NCBI GenBank assembly: GCA_050084985.1
Contig: JBITNC010000001.1
Location: forward strand, 135,594,001 to 135,658,000
DNA length: 64,000 nucleotides
Reading direction: 5' to 3'
DNA from: Nageia nagi
Lineage: Eukaryota; Plantae; Pinophyta
Part shown: piece after piece, positions 38,001-48,200 of the stretch
Numbering within the stretch: the stretch's first letter is position 1
Layout of the letters: each line of letters opens with the position of its first letter
Notes under the pieces: model-generated
The model's input: only the letters and a program-made list of their open reading frames with translations
Database searches by the model: none
What the model was told of the DNA's origin: nothing
Program-made: the position numbers and the translations under genes

Positions 38001-38520
38001 AATATTCATATCATTTTAAATGTCACAGGTTTATGCTCTATCCCGAGATGGAGGAATTCCATTTTCCAGAATCTGGCGTAGAGTGCATCCAAAGTACAAG
38101 GTTCCTGCAAATGCAGTATGGCTATGTGCATTTTTGTGTATTCTCTTAGGCCTTCCTATCTTGAAAGTAAATGTGGTCTTCACAGCTATCACATCGATCT
38201 GTACTATAGGATGGGTTGGTGGATATGCTGTTCCCATTTTTGCCAGAATGGTTATGCCAGAGAAGAATTTTAAGCCCGGGCCTTTTAAGTTGGGACGTGG
38301 AAGCCGTCCAATTTGTCTAATAGCATTCTTGTGGATATGTTACACCTGTTCTGTATTTCTGTTGCCAACATCATACCCAATTAAATGGGATACGTTCAAC
38401 TATGCACCAATTGCTGTGGCTGTAGCGTTGGGACTCATAATGTTTTGGTGGTTTGTAGATGCAAGAAATTGGTTCAAGGGTCCAGTAAGGAATATTGATA
38501 CTCAGCATGACAAAGTTTAG
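1776..38520 (+). CDS. BAT1: Amino-acid permease BAT1 homolog (APC superfamily, ACT/GABA-permease family); 7 exons, ~567 aa after correcting a 1-bp deletion in exon 2
   Basis: Spliced model join(1776..2003,2097..2278,13614..13733,36498..36689,37088..37393,37562..37744,38029..38520), all GT-AG introns. Family motifs: RLNELGYKQELRRE, AMSEICSSFPTTGSLYFWAAHLAG, YSLYGYDAAAHLTEET, SAARVVYALSRDGGIPFS, FNYAP, WFKGPVRN. Confidence 0.95.
2097..2278 (+). CDS. BAT1: BAT1-like exon 2 (TLFKTLAISFS...EICSSFP), 182 nt with a 1-bp deletion at ~2189-2190
   Basis: Acceptor TGCAG|ACA at 2096/2097, donor CCT|GTGAGT at 2279. Reads TLFK...YAG, then (P)APLVWGWIVVSFFTCFVAVAMSEICSSFP continues in a frame shifted by one base. 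Confidence 0.92.
3250..3800 (-). mobile_element. Highly degenerate L1 ORF1 remnant
   Basis: ORF 3248..3508 has RLCLKV...EQIVF..KTCGEC, resembling the RVCV..D / CxxC zinc-knuckle region of L1 ORF1. Confidence 0.3.
4350..4900 (+). mobile_element. Possible highly degenerate LINE reverse-transcriptase remnant
   Basis: Weak resemblance of the IDVKAYFELD segment (~4470-4500) to the RT motif LDxxKAYDxVxW. Confidence 0.2.
5147..5262. repeat. Dispersed repeat shared with 55852-55972
   Basis: AAACCCAATGGTTTGTAGGACCTATCAAAATTTGTCC...ATAATAAAATTGCCAAG versus AAACCCAAAGGTTTGTAGGACCTCTCAAAATTTTTCC...ATAATAAAATTGGCAAG. Confidence 0.6.
5605..6441 (+). mobile_element. Non-autonomous hAT DNA transposon (837 bp) with an acidic transposase C-terminal remnant
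   Basis: Perfect 8-bp TSD TTTTAGAT (5597-5604 and 6442-6449). Right end GTGTAACCTTG, GGAGCG-rich subterminal repeats, acidic ORF 5842..6033. Homologous to 34920-35529. Confidence 0.85.
6897..8354 (+). mobile_element. Defective hAT transposon (1.46 kb) with a transposase pseudogene fragment (BED zinc finger plus DUF659-type region)
   Basis: TSD GTCATGAC/TTCATGAC (6889-6896, 8355-8362). Right TIR GTTCAATGACTATG, left TIR degenerate. 7422-8190 encodes, with stops and frameshifts, DSCW...CICNH...RINRMKY...HDVRPCE and FNVA...AI...GLGFKSPTYYELL...IWKRKICNIM. Confidence 0.85.
8363..8760 (-). mobile_element. Ty1/copia integrase remnant (tandem unit B)
   Basis: ORF 8478..8660 (FSKMFIYFLKQRSNAL..IRFRPLVEKQRGKVIKVEIRTKNDGKH) matches the copia rve pattern DDYSRxxWVYFLKxKS...VEKQxGKxIKxLRTDNGGEY. 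Confidence 0.75.
9059..10202 (-). mobile_element. Non-autonomous hAT-type element (1.14 kb) carrying a gene-like, non-transposase internal fragment (Pack-hAT-like)
   Basis: TIRs CATAATTGCCAGGTCT ... AGACCTGGTAACTATG (14/16 match). Degenerate 8-bp TSD TTTTAAAG/CTTTCAAG (6/8). It interrupts sequence that is contiguous in the paralogous copia unit. Confidence 0.8.
9362..10029 (-). pseudogene. Captured, decayed fragment of an unidentified host protein-coding gene
   Basis: After a TTTTGTTAG acceptor-like site: RNEAEELLIKRSALIGRLSAELAHVMHLC, then a frameshift to ...GSDARHWSLPS*...KVKIPLLLGLGNLTLSLAASIGRL...EIHIQGITMSDGVM*VIFCSKGKVDASKYDQVDIVH...EFSFMFSWGNRDLFT (one frame, 6 stops). No TE motifs recognised. 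Confidence 0.55.
10211..10500 (-). mobile_element. Ty1/copia integrase remnant (tandem unit A)
   Basis: Minus strand reads IYFLNFNDDYSRRLCMYFLKQRSNVVNRIIRFKALVQK. Homologous to 8430-8700. Confidence 0.8.
10990..11380 (-). mobile_element. LTR-retrotransposon 5' remnant: tRNA-iMet PBS with adjacent LTR edge and probable decayed gag
   Basis: GCTTTGATACCA at 11357-11368 (TGGTATCAAAGC on the minus strand) next to an LTR-like terminus TGTTATG at 11370. Confidence 0.5.
12233..12960 (+). mobile_element. hAT transposon remnant with the transposase C-terminal dimerisation-domain tail; right end not found
   Basis: Left end CTAGGGAAACACGGGGAC with GGGGAC/GTCCCC subterminal repeats. 12500-12739 reads RAEKLVAMHSSLRLCSRVKQEYKASPAARWDV followed by an acidic tail. 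Confidence 0.8.
13614..13733 (+). CDS. BAT1: BAT1-like exon 3 (TTGSLYFWAAHLAGPRWGPFASWCCAWLEAIGLIAGIGTQ); absent from the ORF track
   Basis: CTAG|ACA acceptor, CAG|GTATTT donor, 120 nt, conserved motif. Confidence 0.96.
13852..17039 (-). mobile_element. Non-autonomous gypsy-like LTR retroelement (3.2 kb): 5' LTR 15955-17039, shortened 3' LTR 13852-14274, internal 1.67 kb without gag/pol motifs
   Basis: LTR homology between 13867-14274 and 16634-17039 (~15 differences in the first ~140 bp). TG...CA ends, tRNA-iMet PBS TGGTATCAAAGCT at 15941-15953, PPT ATGGAGGGGCAAACT next to 14274. No TSD found. Confidence 0.88.
16611..16620 (-). promoter_or_regulatory. Putative LTR TATA box (GGTATAAAAG)
   Basis: TATAAAA on the element sense strand, ~420 bp into the 5' LTR. 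Confidence 0.5.
17288..17358. repeat. 31-bp tandem duplication
   Basis: AATATTTGAG(G/T)TCTACTTCTTTTCATTGAAC x2 plus a partial third unit. Confidence 0.8.
18200..19050 (-). mobile_element. Degenerate L1 ORF1 remnant
   Basis: Minus strand IWSQ...NEIPFMECEG resembles the WxQxxxYExIPxxCxxC zinc-knuckle region. Confidence 0.35.
19831..20455 (-). mobile_element. Partial LTR related to the 15955-17039 LTR family
   Basis: Begins TGTAGTG. CAAACCTTGGATGGATTTG...AGCTAGTTGGCCTAGCCTC...GGGAACC matches 16420-16503. Confidence 0.6.
20460..22719 (-). mobile_element. Truncated Ty3/gypsy element: 5' LTR 21432-22719, tRNA-iMet PBS, decayed gag and integrase fragments
   Basis: LTR with TG...CA ends, PBS AGCTTTGATACCA at 21417-21429. 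Integrase PGLLQxLxIxxKQWSNISMDFIEGLPKSKGK at 20460-20860, partly duplicated. Confidence 0.8.
24692..24818. repeat. 28-bp direct repeat, 99 bp apart
   Basis: CTAAAATGGTTACATTTACACAATTTTA at 24692 and 24791. Confidence 0.8.
25400..27700 (-). mobile_element. RTE/RTEX-type LINE, older copy A, 3' part (end of endonuclease plus RT), degenerate
   Basis: GVKQHCPLSPTLFKLYIDK...PTLLFADNIVLLS, FVDFRKAFD, and the endonuclease end PLTNHAHL. Confidence 0.85.
27700..31770 (-). mobile_element. RTE/RTEX-type LINE, younger copy B (5'-truncated in ORF1; endonuclease, RT, C-terminal Cys/His motif), frameshifted
   Basis: ORF1 end IYIDEDFTQMQ, endonuclease GSSVVDY, RT QAGFRRDHHTIDH...FVDFRKA...GVEQGCPL/LSPTLFGLYIDEL, and C-terminal SHQLRVET...RVCRLC...DHFVFQC. 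Confidence 0.9.
31770..33200 (-). mobile_element. RTE/RTEX-type LINE, older copy A, 5' part (coiled-coil ORF1 plus endonuclease N-terminus)
   Basis: Endonuclease motifs GSSGVAFLV, CYFPP and MLVDDFNR, with a Q/K-rich ORF1 upstream. Confidence 0.8.
34920..35529 (+). mobile_element. Non-autonomous hAT element (610 bp), same family as 5605-6441
   Basis: TIRs CAAGGGTCCAC / GTGGAACCTTA, TSD GCCAAAAG/GCCAGAAG (34912-34919, 35530-35537). Long near-identity to 6058-6441. Confidence 0.9.
35857..35961. mobile_element. ~105-bp foldback mini-element (MITE/SINE-like), diverged copy of 55321-55427
   Basis: TATCAC..CATGTGAGG...TTTGAACTTGG...TTGAGAGTTTT...CTCCCCTAACAT..GTGATA is colinear with the 55321 copy. 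Confidence 0.6.
36498..36689 (+). CDS. BAT1: BAT1-like exon 4 (AYAGSQ...ISIWWQ)
   Basis: TTTACAG|GCT acceptor, CAG|GTATAG donor, 192 nt. Confidence 0.96.
37088..37393 (+). CDS. BAT1: BAT1-like exon 5 (VIGGG...LTFSIQ)
   Basis: TGCAG|GTG acceptor, CAG|GTAATT donor, 306 nt, motif YGYDAAAHLTEET. Confidence 0.96.
37562..37744 (+). CDS. BAT1: BAT1-like exon 6 (DFKYLY...TSAARV)
   Basis: CACCAG|GAT acceptor, GTT|GTATGT donor, 183 nt. Confidence 0.96.
38029..38520 (+). CDS. BAT1: BAT1-like exon 7 (VYALSRDGG...QHDKV*)
   Basis: TCACAG|GTT acceptor, TAG stop at 38518-38520, 492 nt. Confidence 0.96.
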   Translation, partial: VYALSRDGGIPFSRIWRRVHPKYKVPANAVWLCAFLCILLGLPILKVNVVFTAITSICTIGWVGGYAVPIFARMVMPEKNFKPGPFKLGRGSRPICLIAFLWICYTCSVFLLPTSYPIKWDTFNYAPIAVAVALGLIMFWWFVDARNWFKGPVRNIDTQHDKV

Positions 38521-41189
38521 AGTTCGACTTTCCTTTGTATTATGTTGTGAATTTAAAAATTTACTATCCGTTGATAGTTAGGCTCTTGGAGTCTGCCATT
38601 GAATTTGTAACTTATTGACTTAGTTTTATTCCTTATTTAAATATACATTTGATATTTATTATTTTACAAATATATGTATATTTATTTTTGATATTGAGAA
38701 AATTATTTTAAATAATTAGTTTGCAAGGTTAGTTTTGGTGATCAGTTGTAAATTTGAATTAAATTTCAGAGAAGCGTACTTAAAATTCTTTTTACATGTT
38801 TGAAAATTGGACCATTTAAAGTTGGAGATATTTGAACCTGGGTTTCCCATAGAACATTCTACTTACTTCAACTGTCCTAACATGGATAGACAAGGATCTT
38901 GCTTAATTTAAATTATTAAAGATTTTCATAATTTTTGTTTTATAATTCTTGATTTTTGTTGAAATCTTTTTTTTTTCCTTGTATTTTTATTCAACTGGAA
39001 AACTTTTTTGGAGACAAACCAGTCAATTGAAGTTTTGAAGCTAATTTGTCATTGATATTGACTTCCAAATATTCTTACATCCATATCATGATGGATGTTA
39101 AACTATTACACAATGAATGTGATAAAAATAAATTTTTATGAAGTGAAATCAATATCAAGATGTTATCAATCATCTCAAAATCTATTGTTTCTTATACATT
39201 TAAGGTTTGATTTTTGTTACAGTATTTTACTTTTTGATGAACTCAACTGTTTGAATACATTTATAACTTTTTGTCTTATTAATTGTTAATTTAAAATACT
39301 ATATTTCCAATTCAAACCTTAGTTTGTATATTTTATTGAGTAAATTTAAATGTTTTAATTATTTGAAATTTCTATGTTGTGTAATAATTCATTATTTACT
39401 TATATATGAGTTTTATCTTTTAAAATGAATGATTAAATTAATAAATTTTTATTAGTGTTTTACTTTTTGATGAGTTCAATTGTTTAAATATATTTATTAA
39501 TTTTTTCTTATTTTTTTGTTCAATATTGATTGGTAGTTTTTGCGGAATCAATAACTGTTACATCATTCTTAATCCACATTGTGAAATCTTTGAAAACAAA
39601 ATCCATCTAAATCCTCATGAGGTTCCTACATATCTAGACAAAAACAAAGAAATCCATTAATGGAAAAGTACATTGACACCTTGTATCAAGGTTGAAAAAT
39701 TGCAAGAAGAAATAATACTTTGTATTGTACTTCAACATCCTTTTGGAATGCTGCTCCAATAATCCTTTGTTGAGTGCCAAATATGCTTAATCTTGCCCTT
39801 TAACAACCTTCATGTGTCGAGCTCACCATACATCCCTATTCTAGGGCTCAAGGTCATACTTAGTGCTAATCGGACCTCTTGCTCTTATATGAGACACACT
39901 ACACCTCCTAACACTTTTCTAACTTGGTTTCCATTGGAGAATCCATCTATGGAACACTCCTATTCCTCTCCACGGACCTAAATCTCAAAATGAGAGACCC
40001 CCAAAAATAAAAGCAAAACTTCAAGGGCTTACATATTAAAACATTTTGCTATCCAAAACACCTCCATATAGGAGAAATCCTTCAAAAACAAAACAAGAGA
40101 CTTAACGGTAGGCAAGAAGAGCATTCAAGTCTTACTTCAAAATTAGATATTCCCACGAAAAGCATGACACTGTATTGTGGCTTAGCATCCTGTAGACATG
40201 CCACTCCAACACCCCATGTGTTGAGTGACAGACAACCATCGACCTCTCTGCAAAAACCTCAATGATCCATGCTTATTCCTTAAGACTCCAAGAAGGCCAT
40301 AGGTACTAATTGGACCTCTTGCTCTATACAGAAGCTCATTACATCTCCTAGCACTAGACCAACTTGGTTCTTTCTTTTGGGAATCTACCATCTCCTCTCC
40401 CGCATATGAAGATTTCTCATCTTTGAAGAGCTGAGGCCCCCCTTAGACATGGATCCCAAAAGACTCTCCCCATAAAATGGCACATAAGAGAACCTCTTTC
40501 CCATGTATGGAACCAAGTTTGACCTCCATTGGAACCCTCTTCCTCAAAAAAACCATTTAGAGACCCCACATCCACCACAATGAGCATGTTGAAACCTAAT
40601 TGACCAGCAAGGCTAGAAGAGCTTAAAATCTTCACACCTCACCATATTTCCAATCGACTACCCTCTGTCAGATATTCAACACACATCAGAAGGTGAAACC
40701 CCTTCAAGATCGTGACATTGGGACATGCATCCACATAAATTGCCTGACCTCCCACCTACCAAGCCCATGTGGTCTAAACATGATTCTTGCTTACGAACCA
40801 ACTTTCTTGAAATAAATTTGTCCTAATAACCACCTCCAACCTTTCATATTGGACGAGTTCTTGAGCACCCCTTCTAGGAGCCCAAGTAGCTTCAACTGCT
40901 ACCTTCCTTTCCCTCGAATCACCATCCTCATCATCAGAATCACCCTCTAAGATAAGCTCCTAAAACCCTAGCTCTCCTCATTGCTTCATTATTATAAAAG
41001 GATGCAAAATTAGGTGTATTAGTTTTTTCTTATTTATTTTAATAATTTTTATTGATTTAAAATTATTTATATAGTACATTTTAAATTCAAATTTTACTTT
41101 ATTCATTTTATTGTAAATCTTTTAACTTTAAGGTACTACAATTCTATGGTTAAATTATAAGTTGAATTTATTAAGTAAATTTAAATGAT

Positions 41190-42248
41190 AGTGAGGTTGC
41201 CACTGAAGTCCCAGTGTGGGTTGAGTTTCCTAGGTTACCTATTCCATGTTGGAAATATTTACGTACTCTAGCTAAAACCTTAGGGTCTTTTGTTTGCTTT
41301 GAACCAGAAAGGTTCTTCTCAGCTTGACCCTCTCGGAGAGTTTGTGTGAAAGTTGACCTCACTAAGGATCTCCAAGAGTTTATTGATGTGCATATTGGAG
41401 AATTGATTCTTCGTCAAAGAGTGGTCTATATCAACCTCCCGAGCACTTGCTATCGCTATCAATCCTTTGTTCACCAGATTCAGGACTGCCCATTTATGGT
41501 GGGAAGATTCAAAGAACAGATCTCGTTTGTAGCCTTGATAGCTGCAACCCCGACTGCTCCTACTAGAGGTGGCAATAATGAATGGCAAGTCATTTCCAAC
41601 CATTGTAATCGTCCACCCCGAGGTCAAGAGCCAACTATTGCTCCCCAACAACCTATTTTTATGGAAGAACCATCGATAGCCCCTGTAGTTGTGGCAAATG
41701 TAGGTATCTCTCAACCCCCCTGGTTGTCTAATAGGCAGAGGTAGATATTCCAGTTTTGATGATGTATGAACCCTTTGGTTCCTCCATTTGGTTGGGGCCT
41801 TCATTTGCCTCTATTATCTCGACTCCTCCTTCAACTCAAGGAATAGAGGAAAGCTTAAGCTTCAAGTCTTGTCACTCTTGCAGCCCTCATAGGGAGGGCT
41901 TTGATGGCCATGCAAATAAGAGATGACATATGCTTTTACGCCTGCCACTAGGTTGCTTTTTCTCAAGGTGGTGTTAATGCTTTTGGGGCCTTGGCTGATT
42001 TATGGGACTTTGAGGACAACATAAATCTTCAGGTCCATGATACCCCACAATGATTTTTTATTCCTAGAATGTCAGAGGAATGATGGATCCAATCCATAAA
42101 TACACGATCTGTAGTGAGTTATCAAAAGCTACTCACTTTGTATGGTAATCTCGACTTTGTCTGTTTGTAAGAGATTAAAGTTGCTAACTTCATTCTTTAG
42201 TGTACTTGTTCTTTCCTATGGTCGAGGGGACCTTTTTTTCATACCAAT
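41190..42248 (+). mobile_element. L1-clade LINE, 5' part (ORF1 zinc knuckle plus start of ORF2 endonuclease)
   Basis: EVPVWVEFPRLP...RVCVKVDLTKDL...TCYRYQSFVHQIQDCP, then ORF2 start MIFYS*NVRG at ~42050. Confidence 0.85.
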
Positions 42249-45200
42249 TATAAATGCCTAAAAATGAATTATTATTTGTTAAATAATTCATTTTAGAGCC
42301 TCAATGATGTATTATGTAAAAAGGGGTTAAAAATACCCAAACCTATGTAATTTATGTAATGGACCGTTGTGGCATGTACAAGAGGTCAAAAAGATCAAAG
42401 TCATGTAAACATGTATCATATATAAAGGCATCAAATGATGACCTTAAACTTTATGGGAAAATGAATATGAGGAAGATTCTAGAGAGATTCTAGCACATGT
42501 TACATCAGTCTGTTATGCACAAATATTATTCATAAGTTATATTTAATATTTTCTATCTGATGATTCTTTTGTTCACTCATCACTACATTCTTGATTGCAT
42601 CTATTATATTGCTTATTTAGGCTACTAGCGGCATACCTCTTTTAGGCCATTAGTGGCGTACCTCTTTTAAGCTACCAATGATGTGTAATTGAATGAATGT
42701 ATGCTCGTTTTTTATGTATGTTGCTCTTAACAGAATGAACATGCGATCTAATTAAGAACAAATATATTTCTATTATTCGTTATTGCCATATTTCAAATAT
42801 ATGTGACAATAAAAATAAAGTAGACCAATAGTGCATTACTTAACCCCCATTAACAATTATATGCATTATTTTGGGTTAACATTTTGGTGAACCCGTATGT
42901 TCGATTCGTCTTTCCCTACCGGTAAGATCTCGCAAAACTTTGTATCAGATCAATGTTGCTAATGTTGTAGAAATGGAGCACATTGTGTCCCTCTTTTGGG
43001 AATTGAACATAAATATGGTTGAAATAAGGAAACAACTAGCAACGATCACCAATTTAAGGAGTTCTGCATCTAGTCTTGCTATTCAAGTTGAGCCTACAAA
43101 TATCATACAACAACAAAGTATAGAGGAATATGATGGTGTTTTCATTTCACCCTTAACTATGGAGATCTACAATTTTCCCCTATCACCAACCACAAGTACC
43201 CCAAGTTCGAGATGTTCGATGGCGAATAAGATCTTGAACAACATCTTATCAACTTTTAAGAGGCATGCTTGTTGAAGTTAGGGTCGAAGGAGAAATTGAT
43301 GGCAAAATTCTTCCCAAGGAGTCTAAAAGGTAACGTTGGTCAATGGTTCTATAGCCTACTGGGTGGATCAACTGATTCTTTCCAAGCACTAGTCAAAGTC
43401 TTCATGGGACAATATAAGCACAACATCAAAGAACAAAGCAATGTTTCAAAATTATGTGCAATTCGATAAGGAAGTAATGAAACTCTGGAGAAATACATCC
43501 CACGATTCAAAAAGGTATGGCAATCAGTTCAAAGCAAATTAGATGAGAATGAAATTTGTGCTATTTTTCGTGATTATATCATACCTGTTCTTAATTTACA
43601 TGCTCTTAGTGCTAAAGATATTGGTTTTGGAGTGTTAGTTCAACAATTATTACAAAAAGAGAAGGCATTATTGGTATTAGGTGAGCTCAAGTATTCCTCT
43701 AGTTCTTTTTTTTTAAGACAATAGAAGGACATATGCCAAGAAAGAAGAGAAAGTAGTGCATATGGATGATAGGCTTGCTTCTTCCCCAAAATTGCAAAGA
43801 TCCACCACCATAAGGGAGAACACATACACATTTCCTGTTCAACTACATTTTATTCTAAAAGACCTCATGAAAAGAGGATTGTTGCAGCCTCTCGAAAAGT
43901 CTTCTCAAGATGATAATGCTCCCATGGGATGCTTTGATGCCTATTGTACTTACCATCAATGAAAAGGGCACGCTACAAATTTTTGCAAGACATTAGAGGT
44001 AGTAATATTGGATCTTGTTGAGCAAGGAAGGTATAAAATTGATGAAAGCCTCCCCAACCAAGGACCTACAATCAATATCATCTTAGTGGATAAGGAGGTT
44101 TGTGTGGGTTTAAGGAGAGGATAGCAATGCCATATTCCAAATCCTATTACAATAGAACAAGTAAGTATCCCACCTGATCCTAAAGTTTATAGCAAGATTG
44201 ATCAATTGAAAAATACACCTACAAAAATTAGTTTATATAATCTTATTTCTACTTATCAAGTTCATATGGATATATTATGGAGATAGGTATGGGAACCTAT
44301 AGAATCAATGACATAGACCTATTTGCATCTATTATAGACTTGGGATGTCCTAGGATATTAGTTGCTGAGGGTCACGTGAAAATGATGAAGATAGTGATCA
44401 CTCCTACTTTGCTCTATCCAAAACATCAAACCAAACTTCCTTAACGGAGATGCCATTATCTTCTGAACTGGGTAAGATCTTTCCATCTTCTTTTGTTCAT
44501 AAGTACATGGTTCAAAATTGAAAATATAAAAGGGGGACTTAGGTAAATCTGAATAAGGAATGCTTGATTTTCTTGATAGGTCTAAAGCATAAATGACCAA
44601 AAAGGGCTTGGGTAATTATGGTCAAGTGAAACAAAAATGGGATCCTATTAAATTTGTTAAAGAATGCAATTTGATTGAATTATCTAATGATATTTATGTA
44701 GATACATGGATTTATGATTCTATAGCTCTTGAATTTCACTATTTTAGTACTAATGATGATCTTCTTGAATACTTGGGGGCACATTCAGAATTGTCCAAAT
44801 CTAATGAGAAACACAAAACACCTTATATCCTTAATGAATATGCTTATTTTGATCAAAAGATCAATTTTCATGAAGTATTGCAAGTTCATCCATTAGATAC
44901 AACTAAGGATGAAGTACCAAGCATGGAATAATTTCCATCCTTGTTACAAAAGAAAGAAGACCTTACATTTCCACGAGGATTTGATACACATCAATATTGG
45001 CACTTCAGATGATGAGAGATTGATACAAATTAGAGCATCCCTACCTCCTCTATAACAAGAAAGGTACAAAAATAAGTTTATTGAATATTCTAAGAATTTT
45101 ACTTGGTCTTATGATGATATGCCACGTTTAGATCCTTCATTCATTATGCACAATCTACCATTGAAAGAGTAAGTTAAACCAATTGAGAAAAAACCTAGAA

Positions 45201-48200
45201 ATATGCATCCTTCTATGGCATTACTAGTCAAGAAAGAGATAGAAAAATACCTGAATGCTGGTTTCATAAGGCCTATTGACTATTTTGATTGGATGGCTAA
45301 TATTGTCCTTGATTCCAAACCAACTAGTGAAATATGAGTATGTATGGATTTTCGTGATATTAATAATGCTTTCCCAAATGATGATTTCCCATTACCTAAT
45401 ATTGATATGATTGTCAATATTATAGCTGGTCATGATACATTGTCATTTTGGATAGATTTTCTGGCTATAACCAAATTTTGATTAACCCTATTGACCAACA
45501 TAAAACAACTTTTACTACCCCTTGGGGTAATTTTTGTTGGAAGGTTATGCCTTTTGGACTTAAAAATATAGGAGCTAAATACCAAAGAGAAATGGTCACC
45601 ATGTTTCATGAGCACATTCACAAAATCATGGAGGTATATTTTGATGAAATTCTAGTTAAATCTAAGAAAGGACAAGATCATCTACAAGCATTTGAAGAGG
45701 TATTCACTATTTTGAAAAGGTACAAACTAAGACTCAAGCCTCAAAAATATGCATTTGGAGTTACTTCTAAAAAATTATTAGGGTTTATGGTTTCTAATAG
45801 AGGAATAGAAGTAGATCCTAAAAAAGTAAAAGCCATTGTTAGCATGCCTCCACCCAAAATCTTGAAAAAATAAAGAGCCTCCAAGGAAAAATAAATTCAA
45901 TTAGAAGATTCATTTCACAACTTGGAGACAAGTGTAGGCCATTTACCCATTTGCTCAAAAAAGATGTCAAATTTGTATGGGATGAAAATTATCAAAAAGC
46001 ATTCAAGGATATCAAATAATATTTGCTTAATTCTCCCATCCTAGTTCCCATGGATTTTTCAAAACCTATTTACTTATACATCTCATCCACATTATATGCA
46101 CTAGGAACAATGTTTGTCAAAAAGATACAAAAAACAAGGAAAGAGACATCTATTATCTTAGCAAAACATTGATTGATTATGAGACTAGATACACTCCTAT
46201 GAAAAAGATTTGCTATGGTATTGTATTTACTACTAAAAAATTGAGGTATTATTTATTATATTGTACTACATATGTTGTTAGTCTTGTTGACCTATTGAAA
46301 TATCTTATGGCTAAGTAACATCTATCAAGTAGACTTGCAAAGTGGCTAATGTTGTTACAAGAATTTGGCATCAACTTTGTAAAGAAGAAATCTATCAAAG
46401 GCCAAGCAATTGCAGATTTGATAGTTGATTTCCCTCAAGAAGGGGAGGTAGTCATCCATGAAGAATTTCCAAACATCTTTCATGAAGAAGCACATCGCTA
46501 GTGGCATGAAGACCTACTAAAGGGCTACCAATGGCATGACTTTGATGATATCTTGATCCTTAATGAGTACATATATCTCATGGAAGATGAACCCACTGTC
46601 TAGACCCTGTATTTTGATGGATCAAAATGTTCTCATGGAGCAGCAGTAAGTATTAATTTGGTATCTCCTACAAATCAAGTAATCCCTATGGTATATAAAC
46701 TTATTTTTGAATGCACAAACAACATGGCTAAATATGAGGCTCTGATATTGGGATTGAAAGTTGTTGTAACTTTGAAAATCAAGGATATAAAGATATATGG
46801 GGATTCACAGCTTGTTGTCAATCAAGTGCAAGATTTATTTGATACAAAGGATGAAAAGTTAAAGCCTTATAGACTTGTGGTGACTAATTTATTGGATCAA
46901 TTTGACAAATATACCATTCAAAACATTCCTAGAACTAATAATAGGTATGAAAATGCAATGGCAAGTATAGAATCTCTAGCATCAAATGAGATTGAAGATG
47001 AAGAGACCATCCTCACAATTCGTAAATTAAGCTCTCCTTCTTACATGGATCATATGCATGAAATTCAAACTTATCTTATTAAAGAATAAAATGATTTTTA
47101 GAATTTGTACTTTGATATCTACAATTATTTGAATAATCAAACAAATTCTAAAAACTTTGATAGAAATGAAAGAGTGAGATTGAAGAGAACTGTAGTAAGA
47201 TATGATCATTGGAGAAGTCTTATATAGGAGGTCATTTAATGGTGCATTATTGAGATGTTTGACACAAGATGAGATAGCTATTGCATTGGAACAAGCTCAT
47301 AATGGTTTATGTGGTGGCCATTTTCATGTAAAGGCACTACACACAAAAGTTTTGAGTATTGGTTATTATTGGCCTACTATGGAAGAGGATTGTAAATCCC
47401 ATGTAAAAACTTATTTGCAATTCTAAAAATATGAAAATCTAGATAAGAAACCTACCCAAGAATTACATTCTATTATGTCTTCATATCCATTTGCTACTTG
47501 TGGCATAAATTTGATTGGCATGATTAATCCTCACTCTAGGGAAGCATACAAGTTTCTCATCACAGCTATAGAATTTACTACCAAGTGGGTGGAGGCTATC
47601 CTAATGAAATCAATTACTTAAGAAAAAATAATTACATTTGTCACTAAAAATAACATCATAAGGTTTGGTGTACCATAGAGATTGATTATGGATAATGGAT
47701 CGAATTTCAAAGGTAAATACATGAAAGCATTTTTTAAAAGGTTTCATATTATGCAAACCTTTTTTTTTGCATACTTCCCTCAAGGAAATGGTCAAGCTGA
47801 AGCCACAAATAAGATAATCAAGAGCATTCTTTCCAAAACATGGAATAGATACAAGCAAAATTGGCATGAGTAATTACCATATGCCTTATGGGCATATAGA
47901 ACTAGTGTTTATATAACCACAAGGACAACACCTTTTTCATTGGTATATGGCATTGAGTCTATTGTTCCATTATAATTGGAAATCCCCTACCTTAGAATTT
48001 CCTTGCAAGGTGATATTGTAGATGAAGATGCAAGAAAAGCAATGTTGCAGTAGTTGGAATTATTAGATGAGAAAAGAATTAGAGCCATTGAACATCAAAA
48101 GGTCTACCATGCAAAACTCCAAAGAGAATTTGGAAAGAAAATTAAAGCAAAGGAATTCACAATGGGAGATATCATGTTAAAAGAGAACATAAATAAGACA

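Noticed and set aside
38815-38895. Intact tRNA gene near the 3' end of the gene
   Set aside because: Only a B-box-like GGTTCAAAT on the minus strand and no cloverleaf; at most a SINE remnant.
44358-44600. Antisense ORF within the Ogre/Tat element as an extra gene or inversion
   Set aside because: The sense strand here encodes the G-patch remnant, so the antisense ORF is incidental.
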